A stretch of 64,000 nucleotides of DNA from Felis catus (Eukaryota), in assembly GCF_018350175.1 (NCBI RefSeq), contig NC_058368.1, forward strand, positions 200,448,001-200,512,000. Direction: 5' to 3'. Positions within the stretch are counted from its first letter, which is position 1. The number at the start of each line of letters is the position of its first letter. The translations under genes were made by a program, and so were the position numbers. Of this stretch, positions 24,336-37,684 are shown piece after piece. The notes beneath the pieces were generated by a model. The model was not told where the DNA came from. It saw only the letters and a list, made by a program, of their open reading frames with translations, and searched no databases.

Positions 24336-25921
24336 CAGTTATTATAGGTTTAATAACTTGTGAGGGAATTCTGTTCCCCAAAATACTACTTAATACAATA
24401 TAATTAAATATAACAGTTTAATGGTCTTTTCCCACTCGCCTTTTTGTATAGAAACTGAATAGTTTTCTGAGAAATAGTTATATGAATAATTATTTTACTG
24501 TCCCATCATTTAGCTTTTTTACTTAGACCAGGACTATTCAACTTGCACTTATTTCAAGATTCCATAAATAAGATTCATAAGAAAAAAAGGGGAAATAAAC
24601 CTTCATTTTTAATCCCTATACATTTCAAAGGCATTCATACCTAGACTCTCATTTCTCCTGTCACTCTCCATACTCAGGAGACACAAGAGACCATGGAAGG
24701 TTAAACATTTCCCATAACAGGCTTGGCAAAACTCCACAATAGCTAGGTGACCAGGGTAGTCTCTGAAGGTGACTCTTTTCCTGAGCATGTTGTTTACTGC
24801 TGTACAGGTGTTTTTCAGCTGTATAATTATTTCCATCAGGGCTTTAATTTTAATGTGGATAATTTTGCTCTTCAGACTTCTCTGGTGTCCAAATATGCAT
24901 CATTTATTAATATGCCCTTAAATTCATAGATAATCTCTGACTACCATTCTTCAGTATAAAATTAAGTACAGTTCAGGATATAACAACCACACTAACACTT
25001 AATGTTAGGTTTGCTCTTTTATTAACATGTATATCACACCAGGAAATTAACTTTGTACAGGTTAAGTTTTGCAACTTGAATATGAGATCCCAGGTACATT
25101 CTTTTATTAATAAAGGAAAAAAACTGGACCTGGAAACATTGTTATTATTCTATTCTTCAACTTCTTCATTGGCTAAGTAACTATTGATGTTCTAGAATTT
25201 TACTTCGTGTAACTGAAATCCCGGTGATAAGAGACTTGCTCCTGAATCTTGATAGATATTTCTGAAGGGGTTTCGATTCTTTTTATTTGAATCATGACAC
25301 TGAACTGTGCTTTTTACTTTTGGTCACAGAGGAAAAGTGGTATCTATGGCAACAGAAAGTTGAAGTGCGGTTCCTGACAGGGTTTTCATGTGACAGAAAT
25401 GACAGCCATCTTTGTTAAGTAATACTATGTTAAGATGCTATCTTTTGTGTCAGCTTTACTGTGATATCCAAAATTGTGGAATTACAACTTTAAAGAAAAA
25501 GACAGCTCAGCAATTAAAGGGGATATTATAGTATCTTTAGACGAAGTTCTTGTGACCTGCCTTTCGGTTCAGTGTTTGATTTATAAAGCAGCATGGACTA
25601 GTGTTCCAAAATCATGATTAGTTAATTAAAAGATGTCAGTATTGTGCCTGCACCAAACATGTTTCTTAGAAAAGTGACTAAAATTACACATGTGGCTAAT
25701 TTTGACTTCTTTCTTATGTGTTATAAAAATGAAAAGTTCAAGTTATTCAGAAGTTGCGGTTGGCAAAATTTAATTACTGTTTTTTAAGATGGGTTCTTTT
25801 TTTCTTCTCATTTTATTTTTTTTTAAAAGATCCCACTATCTTCCTCAACTGCCCCAACATAAAACATAGAAACAGACACAGATAGACACACACCACACTT
25901 TTTTTTAAGTTTAAATTGAGT

Positions 25922-26121
25922 TTTGTTTTAAAGTTTATTTATTTTGAGAGAGAGAGAGAGAGTAGGGGAGGGGCAGAGGGAGAGGTAGAGAAATAATCCC
26001 AAGAAGGTTCTGTGCTGTCAGCGTGGAACCTGACGTGGGGCTCAAACCATGAGCTGTGAGATCATGACATGAGGGGAAATCAAGAGTCGGTTGCTTAACT
26101 GACTGAGTCACTCAGGTGCCC
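25922..26121 (-). mobile_element. Can-SINE in the L1 poly(A) tail
   Basis: Reverse-strand SINE ending ...ctcaggtgccc. Confidence 0.93.
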
Positions 26122-26792
26122 TGAGATGGTTTTATTTATTTCGGTTTTGGTTTTGTTTTTTTTTATTTTTTTGTTCTGTTTTGTTTTGTTTTTTAAATTG
26201 TAGTGGTGTATGCCTAATATAACATGCAGCATTTTAAGTGTACTGTTTGGTGGCATTATGGTACTACCGTCACCACTGTTCCTTCATAGAACTCCTTTCA
26301 TTGTGTAAAACTGAAACTCTGGACTTCTTAAGCAATAATTCCCCATTACTCTCCTCCCCACAGCCCCAGGGAACCACCATTCTACACTCTGTGTCTATAC
26401 CTTTGACTATGCTAGTGCTGCAGATGAGTGGAATCATATGGTACCTATATTCTTGTGTCTTATTTAGCATGATGTCCTCAAGTTTCATCTATTTTGTAGC
26501 ATGTGTCAGAATTGCCTTCCTTTTTAAGGCTGAATAATATTCCGTTGTATGTATATACCACATTTCGTTTATCCATTCTTCCATTGATAGACACGTGGAC
26601 TTCTTTAATCTTTTGACTATTGTTAAGACGTGGTGCTGTGAACATGAGTGTTTAATTATCTCTTCAAGTTCCTACTTTCAGTTCTTTGGGGTATGTACCC
26701 AGAAATGGAATTTTGCTACATCATACAAAAATTCAATTTTTAATTTTTTTAGGAGGTGCCATACAGTTTTTCATAGTGACTATACCATTTTA

Positions 26793-27016
26793 TTGTTTAA
26801 AAATTTTTTTTAATGTTTATTTATTTTTAAGAGAGAGAGAGAGAGAAAGAGCCCAAGTGAGGGAGGGGTACGGAGAGGGAGACACAGAATCAGAAGCAGG
26901 CTCCAGGCTCCAAGCTGTCAGCACAGAGCCTGACACGGGGCTTGAACTCACGAGCTGTGAGATCATGACCTGAGCCAAATTCAGACACTCAACTGACTGA
27001 ACCACCCAGTCACCCC
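26793..27016 (-). mobile_element. Can-SINE inside L1
   Basis: TSD tgactataccatttta at 26777-26792 and 27018-27033. Confidence 0.97.
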
Positions 27017-27169
27017 ATGACTATACCATTTTAGACTCCCAACACAACAGTACACAAGTGTTCCAATTTCTCAGCATCCTTACTAACACTTGTTATTAAC
27101 TGTACACACCACACTTTAAACAGTATCTCAGTATTTGAGGATAATGTAATGAAAGATTATGTGAACTCT

Positions 27170-27345
27170 GGTATCAATGTTCAAATTCCAGATCTTGAGT
27201 TTACTGTATGACAATAGGCAGCATTTCGCTTCTTTGAACTTTAGTTTTGCTATCTGTAAATAAAGATAATAATAGTACATACTATTGGATATGTTTTTGT
27301 AACAGATGAGCAGGATACTGCATGTAAAATAGTTCACACCCAAAC
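27170..27345 (+). mobile_element. MIR
   Basis: gttcaaattccag...aactttagttttgctatctgtaaataaagataataatagtac. Confidence 0.7.
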
Positions 27346-27399
27346 CATCATCTATTTAGCCTTTACTAAGGCTCAATTCTTTAAGTGAGGGCAGACAAA

Positions 27400-27779
27400 G
27401 TATCTTAGTTCAGATTGCTGTGACAAAACCACAGACTGGGTAGCTTAAACAACAAACATTTATTTCTCAAAGTTTTAGAGTCTGGAAGCCCAAGATCAAA
27501 AGGCTAGCATAGTTGAGTTCTTGGTAAAGGCTCTCTCTCTGTCCATCTTCTCTTTGCATCCTCACATGGCAAAGAGGGAGAGAGGGAGGGAGTGAGGGAG
27601 GGAGAGACTCATAGAGGGAGGGAAGGAAAGAGGGAGGAAGATTAACTCTTTTCCTCTCCTATGTTGGGGGCTCCACTCTCATGAACTAATTACTTCTCAA
27701 AGCTCCCACCTCTAAATGCCATTACATAAAGGCTTCAGCATATGAATTTTCAGGGGACATAAGCATTCAGTCTATAACA
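27400..27779 (-). mobile_element. MLT1A-type (MaLR) solo LTR
   Basis: gtatcttagttcagattgctgtgacaaaaccacagactgggtagcttaaacaacaaacatttatttctc...ggggacataagcattcagtctataaca. Confidence 0.9.
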
Positions 27780-30249
27780 CGAGGAAACTAATGTTATGAA
27801 GATCTCAGTTCCAAGTAACAGAAAACCAGAAAGAATAATTACATTTCATTTTATTTATCTACATCTTTTTCTTTTACAAAGCCCCCACTTTGGCTTCCCC
27901 ACTATCATTGCCGTGAGGACTCAATAGTCATCTTCCTTTCACTTATGGATTTCTTTCCCATTGTCATATGATTCCTTGATTCAGATCAGTTCATCAAATA
28001 TTTTTATTAATTATATTTTTATGTGTATATCATCTTTTTACTACATTAGTAGATTCTTTAGGGCAGAAATCATTCCATATATTTTTCCCCTGATATTTTT
28101 TTTACTTCTGTATGTAACATTGTTATTGATCAGTGTGCATTTCACAGTTTGTTGGTGTTAATATTTGACTAGTCCTAATGAAACCTTGCTGTCTTATCAA
28201 ATTTACCTGTAGTTTTAAAAGAGGCCAGTCAATAGACTGAATGTTTATATTTAGAAAGTTTTACTAATTATCCTATGTCATTCCCCATATTGAAATTAGG
28301 GAACACAAGTGTTATTAATTAACTGATATTTAGAATTCTCACACCTACCAAGGCCAAGTTAGCTTAGTCATTTGCATAGATAAGAGACAAAAAGTTTGGT
28401 TTCCTGAAGATCTAGTTCAAGGTTCCAGTCACACTAAGTTGATCCCCATATTGAAGCTATGCTTATTTTGCAGTTTTGGAGTTTTCTACCTTTTTTTAGA
28501 TGCATCTGTTGTGCTGAAATGGTGTTTCTCAAGGCTTCCTTTGTTGTGTGTTGAGATGTAATTTTTGACTCTTTATTATGTTTCAGGCATAAAACATTGG
28601 ATGGGTTCTAAGTAGGATGACCCTGGACTGGAATATTGAAATACCAACTTGAAAAATTCCTAGCTATATTATATTTGAAAAATGTACTAAACTTGGATAA
28701 GTTTTATTTTAATTACATGAAAAATGAGAATAATCCTAGCCATAGAATTAGAAAGATTTGAAAGGATAGCACATGCAGAATACTCATGACAATGCCTATC
28801 ATAAAATAAGCTCAAAATAAATGTTAGTTATTCTGATCATAATTTTGAATTGTTTAAAATAATGTTTCCCTAAGTCTAGACTTCTATCTCTTGTAGGTTG
28901 GATTGCGTTCGTATTTTGGGGGCCCTGATTTTTTAAGTGAACAGAAATAATTTTACTGAGAAAATGAATGCCTGTAGTTTTGGTATCATACTACCACCAC
29001 TATTAAGCTATTACTCCTGGTACTCCTTGGTTTTTCCATGGTGAGAACAACTTACTGTCCTTGCAGAGGCAGAGATTTGGGAGAGTGTTTGGGAGAGAAG
29101 CAAGTAAAAAGCTAGCATGGGAATCACTGAGGGAGAGAGGATAGTTTATGGCAGCTAAGAACCCACGCCCTAGGCCAATTCGAGGGCTAAGTTCAGACAT
29201 AGTAGAGAACACAAATGGTGGAGGTAACTCAGGGCTAAAAGTGGGAGAACAGAAAGTATTGTCCTCATGAAATAATGATTATGAATTTATTATGAATAAA
29301 TGAATGCCTTATGAATTTTAAGACTTATAGATGATATAAAGGAATTGTTATACTATGTGATATATATGAAATCAAGGCAGAAACGAAATTTGGAAAATAT
29401 GTCAATTTCTCAAGGATTATTTACTAATGAAGGTCTGTACTTCATGGGGGGCAAGATATCTGAGTAAAGCAGAAAACATCTATAAACTACTCCTTTGTAA
29501 TATCTACAGACTAGGTTATCTCTCAAATAGTTCTATTTAAAGAAGAAAGATTGAAAATGTCTTCAATAATGGTAACATTTTACATTAAGAAATGCTTGAA
29601 ATAATGGATTAATATGCAGAATTTAACTTTAGCCAGTTGAGCTACACCAATACATAATAGATATCCTGATAGATTATTCAGAATATTAAATAGATTCAAC
29701 ATAAGGGGGGAAAAGTGGGTATAAGTTTTTATATATTCAGCCACACTAATATAAAACTCATTTTATAACTAATTACAATATTTCTGTGTCTTTACTGAAG
29801 TGTCAAACATTTATGTTAAAATTTCAAAATCACTATAATTTAATCACACATAAATACAAAATTTTTCCTACCATGTAGAGATTAAAAAGACAACATTAAA
29901 AGCTGAACTGGAAGCATATTTTAAGTATTCACTGAAAATTAGTAAGAATTATTTCAGTGTCAAATTATCTTGCATTTTATTCAAATGCCTTAAGGTTTAC
30001 ATGTTTTCTACTGAGTTTTTGGATATTCGGATATTATTTTGCCAAGAAGAGTGAAGAAATCAAAACAAGTGTTTAAAAAGTGATATAAAATAAAAGAAGT
30101 TCCACTGGGTTAGAGAAGAACTCTTGTATAGTTGTAACTTGAGCAATCACTTGGGATCAAACGCTAAATCCAAAAGGCAGCTGCACAGTACAGATGAACA
30201 ATTTTGTTCTCCACAATTACCTTGATTGTAGATAATCTGATTTGGACTG

Positions 30250-30250
<1 letters not shown>

Positions 30251-30299
<49 letters not shown>
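30251..30299. repeat. (TG)20(CG)3 alternating purine-pyrimidine microsatellite
   Basis: Read directly from the sequence. Confidence 0.97.
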
Positions 30300-31310
30300 A
30301 TGTCTAATCTTATATAAGAGTTGATGCCTTTGGTGGCTGAATTAGGTCAAAATACAAAAGACAAAATAGATAATAAGTAAGAAACATTATCAAGATTTTA
30401 AATCCACAATTGTACTCTATTTCCCCAAACCCAGAGCTTTGATGAAAATTGTTTATTGCATGGCTAAGTTCTTATCTGAAGACATCTTCTGGGCTTTGAA
30501 GATTTTATCATAGTCTTAGAAATAAAAAATTGAGCAAATTGCAGTGCTTTTCTATAATTTTGTAAAACAGGGTGTTTCAAGATAAATTATACCAGTGGAC
30601 TGTATCTGTCTTGTACCACAAAACACATGTAAAATACCTGTAATTTAGTCATTTCAAGGCATGCATGAAAAAGGTAATAAACACAAACACAGACATCCTA
30701 GTTTGCAGACATGCAGACTTCACAAGTTAGAAAGATCTCAGGCTTACTAAATATCAAAGATGAAATCTGTACTGCACACCAAACTACTGAAAATTGCCTT
30801 CAAATTTAAGGTGCAATTTATTTCAAATGGGGTAAAGTTGTAGCTGGAAGCATTGAAGCAGACAGCTACACCTAGATTGATTATTTTCTATTTACAATAC
30901 AAACCCATATACAAATATGTATAAACAATATATGCCCCAAATTATGTTCTTTATTATTGAGTTTTTAAAGTCTTGAGAGTTCTAATAGTTAATTTATATC
31001 AAAAAGCTTTATTTTAAAGCATATTTGGCCTTCAAAACTTTGAAAAAATTTCCAGTTTTCCTTAAGGTTTTTTGGTGTGCTTGAAAATTTTTATTTACAA
31101 TAAAATAATATTAATGACATTAAATTATAAGACCATCTTGTTCCTTGTAGTAAACTCAGTTCAAAATAAAATGTGATTTTATTACTAAAATAAATATTTT
31201 TTCTTTCACTTGACTGAGTGTAACCATCCTCTCATTTTTTCTAAGAAATATATATAACCCCAGGTAAAAAGGATATGAAGGCATCAAGGGTACCTATATA
31301 TATTACATTG

Positions 31311-31389
31311 ATATAATTAATATATATAAATAATATAATATATAATTAATATATAATATATATTAATTAATATAATATATATATATAAT
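31311..31389. repeat. Pure A/T low-complexity tract (79 bp with no G or C)
   Basis: Read directly; contains the palindrome tatattaattaatata. Confidence 0.9.
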
Positions 31390-31499
31390 GCAGTAAAACT
31401 ATAACTGCAATATTTAGGTTTCACTTAACTTTATTGTTACAAGATGCTAATGTAAAGGAAAGAAGATCATCGGATCACTAAAATACCTTTCCACCTGTT

Positions 31500-31555
31500 T
31501 TCCTTCCTTCCTTCCTTCCTTCCTTCCTTCCTTCCTTCCTTCCTTCCTTCCTTCC
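31500..31555. repeat. (TTCC)n microsatellite
   Basis: Read directly from the sequence. Confidence 0.97.
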
Positions 31556-32126
31556 CCTTACCTCCATCAGATTGTGATCCATGTATTTTCCTCACTATTT
31601 CAGGGAAGGATATATCTAAATAAGTGGAAAATTCCACAACTGCAATATGGATACAGTTTCAATGGGCAACTTAGCATGTATAGAACATTGAAATTGATCT
31701 CTGGAAAAACAGACCTTTTGTCTTTTATCTATTCAAGCGAATGAATTAACTTAATTGACTTCTATTAAGTAAGAGAATTCAAAGTATCAATATGATAATA
31801 GCACTTGTCCTACCTATGCCAATTTAGGGAAAGGCATAACATAATTGGTAAAATTAATCTTTTGGTAAAAAGTAAAAAGCTAAGAGTAATGTACATATAT
31901 AGGAGCAGAAAAGTTTTTACTCACAAAGTGACAATGATGGTAAAGGGTGTAATTGGGTTTGTGTTGGAAAACTTCTGGTTTGAGTCAATTTTATAGAGTA
32001 CTTTCTGACATTGTGTATTCCTCTTGTGATCTTGGTTACTTCAAAGGCTCTCCCTTTCCTTAATAGCCTTGTGTTTATTGCAATGGTTTTTATGGTAGCC
32101 TCAGGAAAGCTTTTCTTATACTTCCA

Positions 32127-33103
32127 TAGGGCAGCCTTCATGAGCTTGTGACCTGTGATGTCAGAAAGGGTTCGCCATTCAAAAGGACCTTGTGCTTGGT
32201 TTAATGTTGCCACTGTGTTGAAATTTTTGATAATACAATTGTTGAACTTGTGTTTAGACTTGTAAGTAAAATTCAGTGGAACAATGGGATATGAAGATGA
32301 ACAGAGGAGATGCTCACATTATACAAGTCTGTTGCATTTCATGCTGTGTCATTTGCATAGAGCATTTGCAACACCAGCAGCACAGAATTCCAGAGGACCC
32401 AGGAGTGTGGAAGCTCAGTTAGGCTCAGAGTACAAACTAAGTGTGTTACACTTCCACTGAGTTAATGGGGGTGCTGACAAGAAACCACCCTTTATGTTAT
32501 TCAAGCCAGAACTTGCTTTGAATATGGAAAGGAGGCAATGGCCTTCTAAAAACCCAGAGGATCAAGGCACCCTATCATTCTTTTTACCTGTATTACTTTC
32601 CGATATTAGCCAACACTTAAGTTGAAAATGATAACTTAGAAGTAAAGGGCAACACACATTTCATCTTTCTTTCAGTTCTTCCTTACTCATTGATAAAATG
32701 TGCATGTGTCAAGTGAAATAAAACCAATGAGTTATTTTCTACCAACTTTTTCACTGTTTCAGTAACAGTGAAAGGGATACACAAACACAACCAAGGAATA
32801 CAAATTGTGTAATTTTGGTGATTCTGTATGAGTTAAATGTTCTTATCTTTGCGTTAAAACTGGCATCACACAGTATAAAGACAAATGGTAAAATCCAAGA
32901 TAATATTTTTAACTTTATTTTGTCTTTACCTATAGTAACATTAAATAGCAAAATATATTATGACAAGTTGAGAAAGAGTGTGTGGAAGAAAGAAAAGGCT
33001 TTATATTTTAGCACCTTTAATAGTAGTTTTTCATGTTTTTTTGAACAAGATAACTTGTGTTTTTATTTTTCATTGGGTTCCTTAAATTATGCAGCTGGCT
33101 TTG
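32127..33103 (+). mobile_element. Full-length MER45B-type hAT-Tip100 non-autonomous DNA transposon
   Basis: Starts tagggcagccttcatgagcttgtgacctgtg, ends aaattatgcagctggctttg and is collinear with recalled MER45B; 8-bp TSD-like pair tacttcca (32119-32126) / tatttcta (33104-33111). Confidence 0.9.
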
Positions 33104-33400
33104 TATTTCTAAATATTTGAAAAATATGATTGAGTGTTCCTATGTGTATACAATGGTGACAGAAACCTGGTATGAGGCATGGGAAGGTAAAGAATTTTAC
33201 AAACACTTCATTGTATCCTCACAAATCCTCACAAATATTCTTGTAAATTAGGTGGTAAGATCCCTGCTTGCCAGATAAAGAATGAGGCCCAATGTCATAA
33301 AAAAGGTAAAAAGACAAAGTCATTATTTACTCTTAAGTCTGTCTGACTCCAATTCCTACACTCTCTCTACTCTTTTCAGTGATCATATAATTAACCCTTT

Positions 33401-33432
33401 ATTTTAATTTATTTTAAAGTTTATTTATTTAT

Positions 33433-33478
<46 letters not shown>

Positions 33479-33655
33479 TGAGCATGAGTGGGGGAGGGAC
33501 AGAAAAAGAAGGAGAGAGAGAGAATCCCAAGCAGACTCCTCTGCACTGTTAATGTGGAGCCCAATATAGGGCTCGACCTCATTAACTGTGAGATCACAAC
33601 CTGAGCCAAAGCCAAGAGCCAGACACTTAACTGACTGAGCCACCCAGGCGCCACC
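33401..33655 (-). mobile_element. Can-SINE with expanded (GA)n
   Basis: TSD tataattaacc on both sides; (GA) run at about 33436-33475. Confidence 0.96.
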
Positions 33656-35754
33656 TATAATTAACCTTTTAAATTGGGACACTTCTCACAATGAAATGGG
33701 ATGATAATAAGAAATACTCCAAGATTATTGACATAAACTGATTTAGGAAGCAAATCAGGATGTGTGTTTACTCTAGTTCTAACCTTCTTCTTCACCTGTA
33801 GATGGCCATTGACTTATATTTTATGATTCCCACTATACCCCTAGGACAGCAGATCTTGTTGAAGACTTGTTAGAGACTTCATGATTATTTGCTGAATAAA
33901 CAATTCTTTGTGGAGTAGATGCTAACTGTCAAATGGTTAAGATTTTCCTGGAAGTATAACAATCAAGTTAAACAAGTGTCGAAGTTGAAAAATCAGAAAT
34001 AGATTAGAGTTGTAGGATATTTTATATTATTTAGTTTTGTGCCTCATAAACTCCAGACATTATTTCAAACAATATGGTATCAGGTTACTAAACAAATGGC
34101 AACATTAAGACCCTTTCTAGGCTTCAAGGGTTCAAAAGTTTTAGAGAGTATCATCACTAATTCTATGTTGCCATAGGATTCTTTTCCTCCGGGAGATTCA
34201 ACTCCCAGAGCATTTTATGGAACATTTATGGGAAGTATGAATACAATTCTATGAGTAGCTGTTAAGAAACTTCTTATTAAATGAAATGGTTTGGGGAAAG
34301 AGTTAAGATGCTTCCTTGGTAATAAAAGATGTGATTTTCATGCCAGATGAGAGAGACAGAAGTTATATATTCTGCTAGATGGAGCTTGTGATATTTTTAA
34401 AATTTAAGCATTAAAAAAAATTGGATGCTCATAAAAATTTCTTGAGACTTACAATGTTTAAGGCGTGATTCTCCTTTCTTATTCTATTTCTATCTCTTGC
34501 CCTAAAATTATTGAATGAGAAAACTTCCTGTCCTTCACTCTACTGATTACCATTTCTGGGAACATTGCCTCTGAATGCAGGACATACAGAAATGACATCT
34601 CACTGCTGGATGTGCTGATTCACTGGCACTAATATGTCATTTTCAGAAGCGTTCCCTCTCACAGATATTTCAGCATGGCAGATTCGTGGGTCGAAGGGTA
34701 AAAGCAGGTTACCTGTGGGTAGAAGCAGATAATGGGCATTTTATTACCCAGACATCTCTCGTTTTAAAGCTGCTATTCTCGAGGATTAGACAGATGACCT
34801 CCAGTCATGATTTTGATTCCATAAATTGAAATTGGTTTTAATACTGTTCATTGCTCACATGTGATTATGCATGAAGTTAATGTTATATGATTTTCCATCT
34901 GAGGTGATTTCTTAACCTTTTCTCTGCCTCACTCCCCTTAAGTCCACTGTATTCACATTCCCACAGGAATCTGCTATATTCCATAAAATTAGTGAATAAT
35001 AATGAGCACATTAAGAATATGATTTATATTTCTTTGTTATGTGTAGGATCAAGAATGCTTAATTTATAACTATCATGTTTACAGTCAGGTACTTGGATAG
35101 TACTAAGTGGTAAATATGGTCCCCATCTGGTAAAAGATAATGAATTATAACAAAGTTACAGTGCTTATTATTACAATAGCAAATCCTTCTGTAGTGCTTA
35201 CTTTATGCCCTCTATTGTCATATATTTCAAATATATATATGTCATATATTTCATATATCTATATTTCAAATGTATTTATTTAAGAAATATAGTGTTTCAG
35301 GTAAAATAAAACAAATGCACATGTAATTAAAGCACAAGTAATTTTGCAGTAAGCATATAAAAAACATACAAAAATGTCAAACAAATTTGGAAGAACTGCC
35401 ACTTAGCTACTAGAATCACAAAAGGGATGCTACCATGTGCTAGGCATATCGGTAACCTCCAAGAAGAGTATGAGCCTTACCTATCACTCAAAGAAATTCA
35501 GGAAACAAGACTCATACATAACATATCATTAGAGAGCCAAAGAAAACAACACATAATTTAAAATTATGTGTATATTTTTATGTTTTTGCACTTAAGAGCT
35601 TCTCCTATGTCTTATTCTCTTTATTCTTATTCTTCTCAACTTAATAAAATAGGTACAATTATTTTATTTAACAGCAAACATTAAAATTGAAGAATGAACC
35701 TTCCTGATTTAAAGCATGTGCCCATTTAAATAGATGAACCAAACCAAATAGTAA

Positions 35755-35960
35755 ATGTAATGAGCATTTGTTGTATGCGTACCATACTGATACTATCTAT
35801 CATACTAGGTATCATTTACTTAAATCCAAAACAGTTCTATGATATAGGCATATAACCAGGAAACCAGAATTTATAGAAGTTAAGCAATTTGTATCCAAAA
35901 TAGTGAGCTCTTAATAGGAGGACTGACATTGAACACAGGCTGGGTTAGTTGAGAGGTCTC
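35755..35960 (-). mobile_element. MIR
   Basis: tgagcatttgttgtatgcgtaccatactg...catttacttaaatcc...ggaaaccagaatttatagaagttaagcaattt. Confidence 0.6.
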
Positions 35961-37339
35961 CTTCACGATCACTCTTTAATTCCCTATTCAGATGTTCTCT
36001 AAATGTAAACTGGGGACATAACACAATGGCCTTACATTCACACCTGTTGTTGCTGGGAACACGACTGTCAAAATGGAGAGAAGTCTATGATTCCAAACAG
36101 TAAAATGGTTCCTAAAACTTTGTCTTGCTCCCTAACCCCTGTCATCTGGCAAGGCATTTCAGCTTAAATATCCGTTTCTTTCAGAAGCTTTCCCTTACAT
36201 AACCATGTCAGTTGTCATCATTACTAACAAAGCACTTGGAATTACTCTGTCAAGCACTTGACAGGCTACATTGCATTTTTTTAATTAAAAGATTGGACTT
36301 TCTATCAAACACAAGTGAGAAGACTGTCCTAAAGATTATCAGCCAATGTGGGTATTAGCATATCTTGATGATGATTCATGTGAGTGAAATTCCCTAGCAA
36401 CCTTTTCTTGCTTATGGAAACATGAATATCACCAGGATTTTGAAGGTCCATCAACAATGCAACTGAAGTTCCCACTTTGAAAGTCCATCAACAATGTTAT
36501 TTAAGATTTGATCTGTACAGCAAAATATGGCAGGCCATAGTGGCGATAGGAATAGTGTATGCGTTATTGAGCAACATTAGGAAAATAAATGAAATTCATA
36601 ACTATAATTTCTCCTATATGAAATGAGTAGAATAACAATATTCACCTTATAGATTCATTGCGTTTATATTTTTATTAAATGAGATTGTTTGATTAAAGTA
36701 ATTTGGAATTACTGCCTCATAGTAAACAATTGAAACAAGGTATTCTTATTACAGTACTATTCCTATCATAAAGTTGTGTGCTTCTCTATAAATGTGGTAT
36801 CTTACATGAAAAGCTTAGCAAGTAATCCTGCCAGGAGATTATAAGGCCCTAATAACATCATAATAAATAAAAATCTCATGGTGTGGAGATTGGTTTGCAA
36901 TTTATTAATTTACGATGAGAATAATAACTGTCAGACCAATTACACTATTTATGTTGCCATGATCTGCAAATGATAATTGAAAGCAAATTTGTTAATGTGT
37001 CATTAGATATTAAGCCATATTTGGACAGAAATTGTCATCATGTTCCTATCATCCAGTGATTAGTGTCAATGCATAGTTTTGAAAGAATAAATAGAATGGG
37101 TTTAACGTAACTCAGACAAAAATAAGCTACCATGTGGTCTGTGTTACATCAGTGTTCAAAAGAAATACCAATTCAATCCCGAGAAAAACAATTTGAATTG
37201 CATGACATACGGTATAACGTCAAAATATCCCCTCCCTTTCTTTTGGCAATTCCTAGAAGATATTCTTTTTCTTACCTTCTCATAAATTTCTGCTCGAACT
37301 CTTTACCTTAATGTTTTCTTCATTATTTTCCTGCTTTCT

Positions 37340-37572
37340 TTTTTTTTTATTTTTTTTCAACGTTTATTTTATTTTTTTTTTATTTTTGGGACAGAGAGAG
37401 ACAGAGCATGAACGGGGGAGGGGCAGAGAGAGAGGGAGACACAAAATCCGAAACAGGCTCCAGGCTCTGAGCCATCAGCCCAGAGCCTGATGCGGGGCTC
37501 AAACCCACAGACCGCAAGATCGTGACCCGGCTGAAGTCGGACGCCTAACCGACTGCGCCACCCAGGCGCCCC
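37340..37572 (-). mobile_element. Young feline SINEC_Fc
   Basis: Near-consensus reverse-strand copy. Confidence 0.97.
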
Positions 37573-37684
37573 TTTTTTTTTTAATTTTTTTTTCAACTTT
37601 TTTTTTTTGGGGGGGGGGACAGAGAGAGACAGAGCATGAACGGGGGAGGGGCAGAGAGAGAGGGAGACACAGAATCGGAAACAG
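37573..37684 (-). mobile_element. 5'-truncated young SINEC_Fc
   Basis: Only the 3' half is present; the two-SINE composite is bracketed by TSD attttcctgctttct (37325-37339 and 37685-37699). Confidence 0.95.

Larger units (their letters stand above)
25902..27103 (-). mobile_element. 5'-truncated L1 (L1MA/MB-type 3' end) with intact TSD, hosting two SINEs
   Basis: atgagtggaatcatatggtacc...ttttttaaggctgaataatattccgttgtatgtatataccacatt is the L1 3' end reversed; TSD acacaccacacttt at 25888-25901 and 27104-27117. Confidence 0.92.

Noticed and set aside
36439..36496. Repeat-spacer-repeat pattern as a CRISPR-like array
   Set aside because: Only two units, mammalian context and no cas genes.
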